DNA of 64,000 bases from Psilocybe cubensis (lineage: Eukaryota): positions 2,480,001-2,544,000 of the forward strand of contig CM039006.1 in the NCBI GenBank assembly GCA_017499595.2. The letters are read 5' to 3'. This document shows positions 1 to 10,207 of the stretch, piece by piece (position 1 is the first letter of the stretch; each line of letters opens with the position of its first letter). Below the pieces are notes generated by a model, which ran no database searches, was not told where the DNA came from, and saw nothing but the letters and a program-made list of their open reading frames with translations. The position numbers and the translations under genes are program-made.

Positions 1-125
1 GAATTGACCACAACGAAGACTCAGACGAGTATTCAGACAGTGACTCTGATACCGATGCATTTATCTTCGACAACCTTCCCCATCACAGGGCACACAACAA
101 CGGCGCTCGACACAACTATCATTAA
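1..125 (+). CDS. Possible 3' end of a gene running in from the left edge (acidic low-complexity tail)
   Basis: Frame 3 reads IDHNEDSDEYSDSDSDTDAFIFDNLPHHRAHNNGARHNYH* and is followed by T-rich UTR-like sequence; no recognisable domain. Confidence 0.3.
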   Translation, partial: IDHNEDSDEYSDSDSDTDAFIFDNLPHHRAHNNGARHNYH

Positions 126-306
126 TCAATGTTCCGTTTTTCCATTCGTTTTTCACTGAAGTTTAATTCTGTTTATCTAAATCGCTTTGCTGTCTTTCTC
201 GCCTTGTCCATCCATCTATCGTCATTTACTTTTCCTTTCCTCTTTTCTACGCACTTCTTCGGATTTTTTGGGCTTTTGCTAAAAAGTATCACACCACCCA
301 CTCGCG

Positions 307-338
307 CACACATACACATACACATACACACATATATA
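307..338. repeat. (CACATA)n / CA-rich microsatellite
   Basis: cacacatacacatacacatacacacatatata seen directly. Confidence 0.7.
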
Positions 339-731
339 AACCTCTCTTTTTCGCATTCACTATTGTAACTAGTTCGAAATTACTTTGTAAAACTTGGGGC
401 ATACATCATTTGTACAATAATGACTACATTATTATTTGATCGTAGTTTTCTGTTCTTACTGCATCCTTAGTTCGAATACATCGTCCTGAAGAATAATGAA
501 TCATAACCGATGAGTGGCTACTCGAGTATATATATATCATTATGTCATTGTCAATGACTGATGAGGAACACTTGCGCATTATGTTTAAACACAAGTGCAG
601 CAGCTTCCACAAAAGTCGTTTTTATGGAGGTTTAATGGGGGCTGGCAGCGAAAAATCTGTATTAGTACAAGTAGATGTACACATCATTATTGGTAGAATA
701 CAAAAGTAATTCTACAGGCTTATATTAACGT

Positions 732-3163
732 CTACTTCCTTACGTTTTGGCGTTTGCATGTCTTCTTATGTTCCTCCCAATGAAGTTTTTGGCACGCCCT
801 GTCGCAATATCTTCAACAAAAAGTGTGTTAGTTGAACCTTCATATTCATATGACAATGACAATATGTACCGAGCTTCTGAACATCCACCGCCTAATTAGC
901 AGTCAATGTTAAAGTAGGTAAATTTTAGAAGCAGGCAGCATTGAAGACACGTACATTTGCTCAGTATTGCTGACGTATTGCTGCACCACGAACAACGGTA
1001 CAAAGTAACCTGATCAAAGGTAACTTTTACCTGGCCACTGCCGCCAGAACAACCTGCGCCCACGTGCATCATTGTTCCGTCGTCAAACTTCATGTCATTA
1101 AACCATGCAGTGAGGTCGTCCTCAAGTTTACCTCGATCAAGTCTCACTACATGGCCCTCCCCGATTTTTGCCTGATATAAGACCTGAAAGACACGGGAAA
1201 ACTCTTTGATAGCAGCTGGGTAGTGCTCCACGGCGGTCTGTTGAGCAAGGCGTAGATCAGTTTTGGGAGGAGGTATTCCCATAAAAATGTTGAATTCATC
1301 AGCTGCATGCAGTCGTTCGAGGTTACGCTATAATGGAATGGTATGAGCATACAAAAACAGAGGTTTGCTTCATGATATAGCAGAATGTCCCTCACCTTGA
1401 TTTCATGCAGATCTGAGCTAAGATCTTTCAACAAGATCATGTGGAGAAGAATGTACCAACATGCAACGACGTCCATGTAGTGATTGTCGGGAGGAGCACC
1501 TTCCATAAATAATTTGGCATCGTCATAAGCGCTGGACAAAAACGCGATACCTTCCTGCCACCGCTTATCACGAGAGTCAGGCATACTTTGGATGATGCTG
1601 ACGCCCATATTAGCAGCAAGGATGACCGCTTGCAGCATGAGCTGCCACTTGAGGAAGGGAGTAAGAAGTTTACACTTCAGCCCCTTCTTTGCTGCCCGCA
1701 GCGCTTGCACATGGTCATCCCCAAGACTGATCACGTAGTAGAAGAACGCCTGTTGGGGATTCCTTTCAATACATTTATGCGCTAATGCCACAGCATCCGG
1801 GATGCAACTTGTAACGATAAGCTTTTTGAGGTCCAGAATATCAGCAAAGTCGGCTTCGTTGGGTTTTCCCGACCTTCTGATAGCGCTGGAGTAATTGGAA
1901 AGCGATGCAGCCCACAGTGGGAACGAGACACCAGCATTTTCGTTCATACTGCTTCCAGTCACGGGGTCCCGGATTTCGAATATTCCGGGTACAAGAATGA
2001 AGTCGGTTTGAAGCATCAATTCTGCCTGTTTCAATCCCAGGGTGTAGAAGTCCCCGGTTGCGACGCATGGTATCAGTATACTGGCAGTTTCAGCCAGTGC
2101 TTTGGCCATTAAATACATATCGCATCGCTCGTGTCCGTACTCCATCTCAAGGGCAACAAGATGGTCGGGGAGGCGTCCGTATTCCCCAGATAGCAGCTTT
2201 TTCCGGTCGAAGATGGGCGGGTTCTCTTCCGCCTCAAACTGATGCAGTCTGAGAACGCCGCCAAGGCATATAGAACGGGTAACCCAGTCATTGCTGCGAA
2301 GACCAGCGACCATAAAGTCGATAGCGGGTGGATACGCCTTGAATGCATCTACTGCATGTGGGCTGGACATGCACACTACCTTAATAGCATGGTCCATGAG
2401 CACTTGCGGATCGCTGTGTGGCCTCTTCACCGCCTCGAGTGTTGATTTCAGAACCTCAACCATGTCTATCGATTTGAACACAACTGGATCAGTAGGCTCA
2501 GGTAAACCCCCGGTGACAGCAGCTAAGGCATGGGCGAGAGTCGATACTGCAAGCTCTGCGACCTTTTCGTCCTCGGGGAGGTCTTGGATGAGTCTGGCGA
2601 GAACATTGGCATTTTTGGCGATTTCAACCCTAGCTTTCGAGCCACTGTGGTGGGTGATGATGCTGAGGCAATGTAGAGCCAGATGACGGGTGTCATCTAT
2701 CTCGAGCAGCGGTGTGATCATCCCCAAGACACCTCCCACGAAAAATGACTAAAATGGAGGGGCATTACAATTCAAACACGCGTACCTTTCTCGAAAAGCC
2801 TATCTCTCAACATTGAATCGACACACATTTTAGAAAATATCCCAATGATTCCGCCTCGCAGTTTGTAGTTTTGTGGGTTGCTTTTGTAGGCATGCTCAAT
2901 TTTGGCAAATAGGGGGTCGAATTTGGCGTGCACTTGTTTTAGTCCCTTTCGAGAGGTGAGATCTAGTAACTATTAGCAAACCACGAAGCAAATCGAATAA
3001 GAGCATACACACCTGGTAGTTTAAAAACATCGCAAAGCAAGTTTACAACCGCACTCCATCCTTCCGCATTGTCGATACCGGCAAAACGTACTTGACCCTC
3101 GCTCTCGTGAGACCTCGTGGCACTTTTTGACTTTACTTGCTTGCGATTACCCGGACCTGGCAT
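732..3163 (-). CDS. MYND-type zinc-finger protein with long helical (ARM/TPR-like) body, paralog 1, multi-exon
   Basis: ATG 3163 (MPGPGNRK); large exon in ORF 1147..2739; C-terminal CSWC...KC-GGCSEAR-YCDRACQKLHWEEHKKTC MYND pattern split over small exons; stop TAG at 732-734; colinear with paralog at 18608-21061. Confidence 0.85.
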
Positions 3164-3803
3164 TGTTGGTAATCGGTTCAGAGTCCAAAGTGGACGCTAT
3201 TAAATGGGAAATGTCTTAGACATTGCGGGCCATTTTAGAACACATCGTGAAAGGGCTTTTTTATAAAAAAACATTAAAATCCAAACTCTTTACAACGAAT
3301 ATGGCGAGCCATTGACAAGTCGAAAAATGATTATGAAAGTGGGACGCAAGGCATTCAATGGCAGTTGGACGGCTGCAAACATTCAACATAAATTCCTTTC
3401 CGGCGCAAGTGGAACATTTCAATCTCCGATCAACAGGTGCCGATTGATTGCCGGGTCATTAAGCGTCTCACAAGAAATGACCAAAAAAATGGAGTGAAAA
3501 ACAGAGAGACTCACGATGCTTTATTTTTGTTGAAATTTTGAAGAAAAATGACTTGAAAGTACTCGAGAATATGTACGGATTGTCACAAACAAAAATTTTG
3601 TGAAATACCACAGTGTGAAACGAGAGGCAAATTTTCCAAAATTTCGCACTGACGGGCGTCCAAGACTCAATGGTCCATGTAAACATGTACCTTTTACTTT
3701 GTCTGTACTCTAAATTTCTCTGATATTTTTTACCTGGGTATTTTATACTTTATATATGATCTAGAATATCAAAGAGCCTCAAAAAATCAAACCAGGATGC
3801 CCG

Positions 3804-4017
3804 CACTGCTGGCGCTGATACATATTTGATAGAAAAATATGTATTGGTAATTATGTTTCCTGTTGGTTTTTGACATATTTTTCTTGTATATAGAGTCCGG
3901 GGTTACCCAATTAGGGAAGCCCAAAGCCTATATTCCAGTAAAATACGTCAAAAACCAATAGGAAACATAATTACCGATACATATTTTTCTATCAAATATG
4001 TATCAGTGCCAGCAGTG
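3804..4017. mobile_element. 214-bp foldback MITE, family A copy 1 (CACTG...CAGTG termini, CACTA/CMC-like)
   Basis: Long imperfect TIRs starting CACTGCTGG; exact 3-bp TSD CCG at 3801-3803 and 4018-4020; two more copies in the window. Confidence 0.9.
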
Positions 4018-4810
4018 CCGTCAAGCGTGAATTAAATACGGAAGTGCGCAAATGTGGCTGTGTTGCGGCACCTCGGCTGGAAGATAACATTGGGGGTGGC
4101 AAATAACATCCATACGTATTCTACTGATTCGACAGCACTTACTCAAATTTTAAAGGCACGTATGTGTATATACATTTTCTACATACTTGAATACATTTTT
4201 TTATTGCAGTTTATCCAAGGTTTTATGGTGAAAAGTGTGAAAAGAGTAAGCTCGGATTCTGCCGGGCAGATAATATGGCAGATAACATACCCACACCTAT
4301 GATCGGTAAACTGATAAATCCTTCCTTGAGGAGGATTTATAAATGGTTTCGGAAGACTTTCTTATAGTAACAATTATACGGCGGGGAATTAGTGGCCGCC
4401 ATGCTGGTGTTCAGAGTCAATAAGTATACATAACATCACTAGAATTAGTTGAGTTTAATAGGAAGATTACAAAAATCCAATGAGAAGCTCTGAAGAAAAC
4501 CGCGAGAAAATGTGAATAGCGCCTTATACATTGCCACCGTCAGCCTGAGAGCACAAACAGTGTTAATCAAACCTCTGCTTGGCCCCAAGCGGCATGAGCT
4601 CACACATGAGGTTTCACATTCCAGTAAATGTCTAAACAGTGGGGGCAAAAACATTGCTCTTCCAACCGCTCTATCACATTCTGAGCAAATCACCAAAACA
4701 TTATTTTCAAAATAGATTTAAAAGCCTTGCTTTTCATCAATAACTTACAGCTATCTCATCTTCACTGTTTTATGCATAATGTCTGACTTCAACATTCACC
4801 TACTTTTAAC

Positions 4811-6364
4811 TTGAATGGCGATCAGGAATCATTTGACGTGTCCCAATTCCCACGAAACAAAGGGTCCTCCAACACTTTATCTCCAGACCGCCATTCCTAT
4901 CAACATAGAGAAAACTACAAACCATCCCAATTCAACGAGTGTCAGCTTGGCGGACCGTCACGTTGTGTCAATCAACCTGAATATGTCACCCAATTTGAAT
5001 TTGCACAACATCAGGGGCAATTTTGCCCCACACAATTCACTCAATCGCAAAGTCAGAGGAAAGAAGAGGAAAGCAACTGTTGAATTGGAGTGCAAGACAT
5101 CTTTCATGATAGAGAATTGAACCAATCCAAAGTCCAACATCTTAAGCAAAAACTGAGTCAAATCGTCCATCAATTCCAATCGCGACACTTGTCAAAGACT
5201 AAAGCACTATCCCAAGGACTCCAACTATTGGAATTCAACTCCTCAGTCAACAACAGTCTCAAAGACAGTATTGTGTCCACCTTCTTACAAACAGTTGAAT
5301 ACAATGGTAAAGGAAAAGCCGTCAAAACCAATACATCACTCTTCCAACTTTTTCCACAACCTTCTTTCACCTTGAGGCTCAACTTGCAACATATTTTGCA
5401 TGCCCAACAGGAATCACACTCTCCCTCCATTCAAACACACAACTCCCAACACACACACTCACCTTACTTACCACCGTATCCTGAACATTCCGTTGTACAA
5501 GAACAAGACTTGGACACAATTCTCAAAAGCCTCCAATTGTCAAACAAACATTCACATTCAGAATCCCCAAATTCACACTCCAGTTCAATTAAATGAACGA
5601 AACTCTACAAACATGACATGCTGTGGTTTGAAAGCAACCTCAAATGCACCACTAAAGACAATCTTCAAATCACCAAAAACCTGCAACTTCTTTAACTTTA
5701 CTCTACAGACATTGCAGCCGCCAAATGCTTCATTGCACTCTCCCCTAAAGCGCCCGCAAATTTCCCAATGTCTGAGTGGGAAAAAGTCTTCAGAGGGCAA
5801 AGTCTCAGCCTCAACCACTGCTTGTCATCACAATGTTGCAGTTCAATTGACACAGAGGCAACAACTCGCATCGGTAATGCCAAAATCCGCACAGGAGTCG
5901 TTAAACCAAAGCGAAAAGTTCACTCAGCACCAGATTGGTTGGTGGCATGGCACATTGCGTCTCAGGCCACTGCGTTTGCATTCCCTCACCGAGCTGCGGA
6001 ACTCAGAGAATACGGAGAATCAATTGAGAATGAATTCCTTGAGCATGCCCCGTCTGAACACTCTTGAGTCATACTCTACGACATCACCGTTCAGAACCAG
6101 GTTGCTGGTGGACAACACTACTTGCTTACAGACCATGGAAGATTCCTCCGACTCTACTCATCCATATTGCTCCCAGGCGGACACAATTACGCTAAACATA
6201 ACTCACGACGTTCAGGCAACAACAATTGCAATGGATGCCATCCCGATGTCTGCAACAGGTTCAACTCTGAACGCGGATGTCCCCTTCCACAAAACAAGTG
6301 CCGATATTGACATGTGTGCAAATGTTGCCAAAAATCCGGCCATTCTGTCAAAAGCTGCAAGTAA
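4811..6364 (+). pseudogene. ORF1 / Gag-like protein of the YR retrotransposon
   Basis: ORFs 4811, 5090, 5768 and 6122 share one frame interrupted by TGA at 5081, 5594, 6065 and 6308; reads ...WLVAWHIASQATAFAFPHRAAELREY...VILYD...CNRFNSERGC...CRY*HVCKCCQKSGHSVKSC. Confidence 0.8.
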
Positions 6365-8201
6365 TCCATTTTCCGCTGCTTTAGGATCACGTCCATCTTA
6401 CTTAAGGCATAACCTATGGCCCGCTTTTCCTAATTTATCTCCAACCGCCACTGATTGGACTGAAACTGCTATGCCTCTATCTCGCCCCTCTAATCCAGAA
6501 TATTAGAATGTTCCCGCTATGCAAACCATTAGTAAAAATCCCAATTTGTTCAAGATCATTACTCTCATTAATATCAATGTCTTTGAAAGCCTATTAGTTG
6601 ATCATCCAAACCGACCATTTGTCAAATTGGTTTGCAATGGTTTTTGCTATGGTTTTTGGCCATGGGCTGATACTTCTTCATTTCCGTTAACTCATGACGA
6701 GTCTTGTCCTACACCAAATGATCATAGTAAAGCTGAGTTTCTTCAATCTCAGCTTAACAAAGAACAACAAAAGGACTGGTTCTCAACCTCTTTTGGTCCC
6801 AATTTACTTGACAGCATGTATTCTATGCCTGCACATGCTGTTCCTAAACCCAATGGCGTCAATTTACGCCTTGTGACTGATCATAGTGCTAGAAAATTCT
6901 CACTCAACTCTATAATTGATCACGATGAGGTGACGGGATATCCTCTCGACAATATGAGTCACTTGGGCAAAATGTTATTACATTTTCGTGCCTTACACGG
7001 TGACAAAAAGCTTGTAATGTGGAAATCTGATATTGCTGAAGCATATTGCCTTCTACCTATGCATCCGCTGTAGCAATTAAAGCAAGTTAACACTGTTGAC
7101 GGCCTGCATTACATTGACAGATGCAACGCCTTTGGAAATTCAGCTTCTGGGTCTATTTTCATTGCTTTTAATGCACTTGTCACCTGGATAGCAACACGCA
7201 AACACGGTATCGACTACCTTGCTAATTATGTTGATGACTCTTTGGGTTTTGATCTCAAAGACAACACATCTTATTATGAACCTTACCAAAAACATCTTCC
7301 TTATCATCAAGTGATTTTATTGTGTCTCTGGGACAAACTAGGCATCCCCGACAAAGAGAAAAAACAACTTTCTGCAAACATTCTGCCCGTCATAGATATT
7401 GAAGTTGATCCTAATCATATGACTTTTGCTATGCCTTCTCATTCCAAAGAAGCATTAATAGAAGCAATGAAAACGTGGGCAATTAAGCCTCCTAGTTGCA
7501 AAGCAACCAATTTCAAACTTAAATATTGGCAACAAATGGCCGGGTAGATAAACTGGGCACTAAATGTCTATCTCCTCTTGCGTCCCTGTCTGAATAATTT
7601 CTACCCAAAGACAGCTGGCTTATACAACCCTTTTTGCAATATTCGCGTCAATGACCAAATTTGTAACGATTTTCTATGGGCTATCAACCATTTAGACAAT
7701 TTGGACGGGGTACACTTGCTGCAATCTCAGGAATGGGATGTATCTCAATCCAACTTTGTAATCTATTGTCATGCTTGCCCTGACGGAATGGGATTTTGGT
7801 TCCCATCATCCGCTCAAGCCTTTTATTCTTCAATTTCTTTCCAAAGCAATACATCCATTATCTTTTATTATGAAGCGTTATGTGTTTACTGTGCCTTGGC
7901 AAACGTTGCCAAGATTGCTAGTTATGGAAACAAAGTTACCATATTTACCGACAATTTGAATACAGTGGCAATATTTTCATCTCTAGCGTGTACACCTCAA
8001 TTCAAAAAGCTTTTAAAAGCCTCCGTTGACCTCGTTCTCAACAAGAACCTTAAACTACAAATCTTACACGTGCCAGGTGACAAAAATACTATGGCAGACG
8101 CTCTGTCACGTTCCCAGTTCTTGACTGCACTGACAATTGAACCGAGACTTGAAATTTCACCTTTCCAACCTCCTCCATGGTCATTGGAAAGAACACTGTA
8201 A
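5400..8201 (+). pseudogene. ORF2 reverse transcriptase + RNase H of the YR retrotransposon (recognisable core from ~6365)
   Basis: One frame with TAG at 6504, 7071 and 7545; motifs HPNRPFV, GFWPWA, LRLVTDHS, WKSDIAEAY, NYVDD (~7223-7237), RNase H IYC(H)AC...YYEAL...FTDNLNTV...HVPGDKNTMADALSR. Confidence 0.9.
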
Positions 8202-9207
8202 TCACCCGTATTTGTCCCCCTTGTCAGCCACATTGCCCTGTGTGGTCCGCCAAAAAATTACAGCACAAACGTGCTTTGGCTTTTGGGGAAGCCATCGACA
8301 TCTCCACCAAAAATGCCTACGGTTCTGCCCTTAACTCCTACCTTGCTTTTGTTTATAACCACAACATTCCCGTAGAGCCAACACCCAATACCCTTTCATT
8401 ATACGTGACTTACCAATCATCATTTAACAAAATACACACTGTCAAAACTTATTTGTCCGGCATTGTACACCAACTAGAACCTCATTTCCCCAATGTCCAA
8501 CAGGCCCGTACCTCTCTGTTGTTAAAACAAACTTTGGTTGGCTGCAAAAACGGCATGGTACTCCTCAAACTTGCAAAGAAGCATTAACTCTTGACAATTT
8601 GCAATTTCTGAAACAACATTACACTACCTCCAATGACCACGACGACTTACTTTTTCTTTTTATGGTCATGACGGGTTTTTTTGCCCTATTACGTCTTGGC
8701 AAGATGACTCTACCCAATAAAAAACGTCTTTGTGACTGGCGCAAAATTACTATGCGCAGCTCCGTACACTTATCCACTTCCCAGTTTGAATTTTGGTTGC
8801 CATACCACAAGGCCAATTGATTTTTTCAAGGAAACCACGTCATTGTCAAAGCTACTCAATTCCAACATAACCCTGTATTGCACTTCACCAACTACTTACG
8901 TTTGCGAGATCAACTTTTTGGTAACTCTAGCGGCCCTTTATGGCTCACATCAAAAGGTGCCATTTCCACACGGCATTTCTTTATGACTAGGCTTCAATGC
9001 TTCTTCTCCAAGTCCATTGCTGGCCAAAGTATGTGAGCAGGAGGTGCCACATCCCTAGCAGAACATGGTGTGCTTCCAACAATTATACAACAGATGGGCC
9101 AATGGTCTTCCCAGGCGTTTTTAATCTATATTTGAAGACATCCCGCAATCATACAGGGTTTGCTTTATGCCAAATCCCATGCACCAAACGTTACTACTCA
9201 TACTTAA
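8177..9207 (+). pseudogene. ORF3 tyrosine recombinase of the YR retrotransposon
   Basis: YGSALNSYLAF N-terminal part, frameshift in an A-run at ~8546-8550, then FFALLRLG (catalytic R), LPYHKAN*, AGQSM*AGGAT (HxxR box with R lost to a stop), MGQWSS, FLIYI* (catalytic Y). Confidence 0.88.
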
Positions 9208-9271
9208 CCACTTTCCCACTCCTCTATTGAAGTTTCTTTTTTGAAACTTTGCATCATTCTAATCCAAAATC

Positions 9272-9273
<2 letters not shown>

Positions 9274-9302
<29 letters not shown>
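9274..9302 (+). repeat. A29 homopolymer just downstream of the YR ORF
   Basis: Seen directly. Confidence 0.95.
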
Positions 9303-9304
<2 letters not shown>

Positions 9305-9670
9305 CAATGGTTAGCCTTGGCCTCAACAAAGTGGCCACACATTTGTGCAATGTCACCCCATTTGTAGTGTTTTCTTATTTTCTTGCTCACAAGCAGCCCC
9401 GCCTATGCGCAATGCTGCTTTCCCACGTGTACTTAATCACTATAATATCTAATTTGTATTTTCGAGCACTCTGTACGCCCGAGCACAAACAGAGTGCCTC
9501 CGTTGCTATTCCAAACCCGTGTGTTTCTCGCGAATCATTGGAGATCATATAGCATACAAGTAATTTCGGTCAAATCTGAAATTCTTGCTAGCTTGCTGAA
9601 CCAAACTAATTGCAGAAAAGATTGCCCGCCCGCCCGGGACCCAATCCGTTCTGCGTGCCCAACTTGATTA

Positions 9671-9884
9671 CACCGCTGGCGCTCATACATATTTTCAAAG
9701 AAAATAAGACCCAGTAATTATGTTTCCTACATTTTTTTGACATATTTTATTGGAATATAGGCTTCGGGTTTCCCTAATTGGGTAACCCCAGAGTCTATAT
9801 ACGAGAAAAATACGTCAAAAACCAACAGGAAACATAATTACCAATACATATTTTTCTATCAAATATGTATCAGCGCCAGCAGTG
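9671..9884. mobile_element. 214-bp MITE family A copy 2 (inverted relative to copies 1 and 3)
   Basis: Reverse complement closely matches 49102-49314; termini CACCGCTGGCGC...GCGCCAGCAGTG; flanks TTA/CAT do not form a TSD. Confidence 0.88.
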
Positions 9885-10207
9885 CATGAGCTCAGTCAAA
9901 CACAAACCAACCTGTTTATTCGGTTTAGCAAGCGAGAAACAAGACGCTCAATGGGAAGCTCACTGTTATCTTAGCTCCTTCATTTCAATATTCTCAAATC
10001 GTTCTTGTCAAGAGTCTGAAATGAATTCCAAATGAATTCATCGTTTCGTAAAATTTGACCTTGTTTGTTCGCAAAACCTAACCCTAATCCAATTAACCTA
10101 ACCCAAGCGGAGGATCGCTGTTTTACCTCTGCCCACACTCGTTTCCTCCATTTACCCCCAATCCAACCCAGGTCCTCTATCCTGCTTTTCTTTCTCTAAC
10201 CACCACC

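Larger units (their letters stand above)
4330..9560 (+). mobile_element. Tyrosine-recombinase retrotransposon (Ngaro-like, DIRS order), decayed; boundaries approximate
   Basis: Gag-like ORF with Cys/His knuckle, RT (NYVDD), RNase H and tyrosine recombinase in that order in overlapping frames; no DDE integrase and no obvious methyltransferase domain; internal A29 tract; multiple in-frame stops. Confidence 0.9.

Noticed and set aside
4091-4299. Possible hAT-like MITE (TGGGGGTGG...CCCACACCTA)
   Set aside because: The TIR match is poor and there is no 8-bp TSD.
4535-4562. Hammerhead ribozyme (GUC...CUGAGAG...CAAAC)
   Set aside because: The core should be CUGANGA and GAAA with helices I and II; here the spacing is wrong, CAAA replaces GAAA in both copies and the helices are missing.
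4560-4615. Twister ribozyme (UUAA...GGCCCCAAGC)
   Set aside because: The P4 stem and pseudoknot partners cannot be formed; the segment folds better as a simple hairpin.
4362-9446. Additional 5'-3' pairings (4457-4473 with 9361-9379; GGCGGGG with CCCCGCC)
   Set aside because: They rely on G-U pairs in AT-rich sequence, and the segments have competing local hairpins; not counted as evidence.
9241-9552. ORF with poly-Lys run
   Set aside because: Artefact of the A29 tract in the retroelement trailer.
9568-10060. Older foldback surrounding MITE copy 2 (9591-9602 vs 9922-9933; 9568-9575 vs 10053-10060)
   Set aside because: Only two short matches with inconsistent spacing; cannot be separated from chance.
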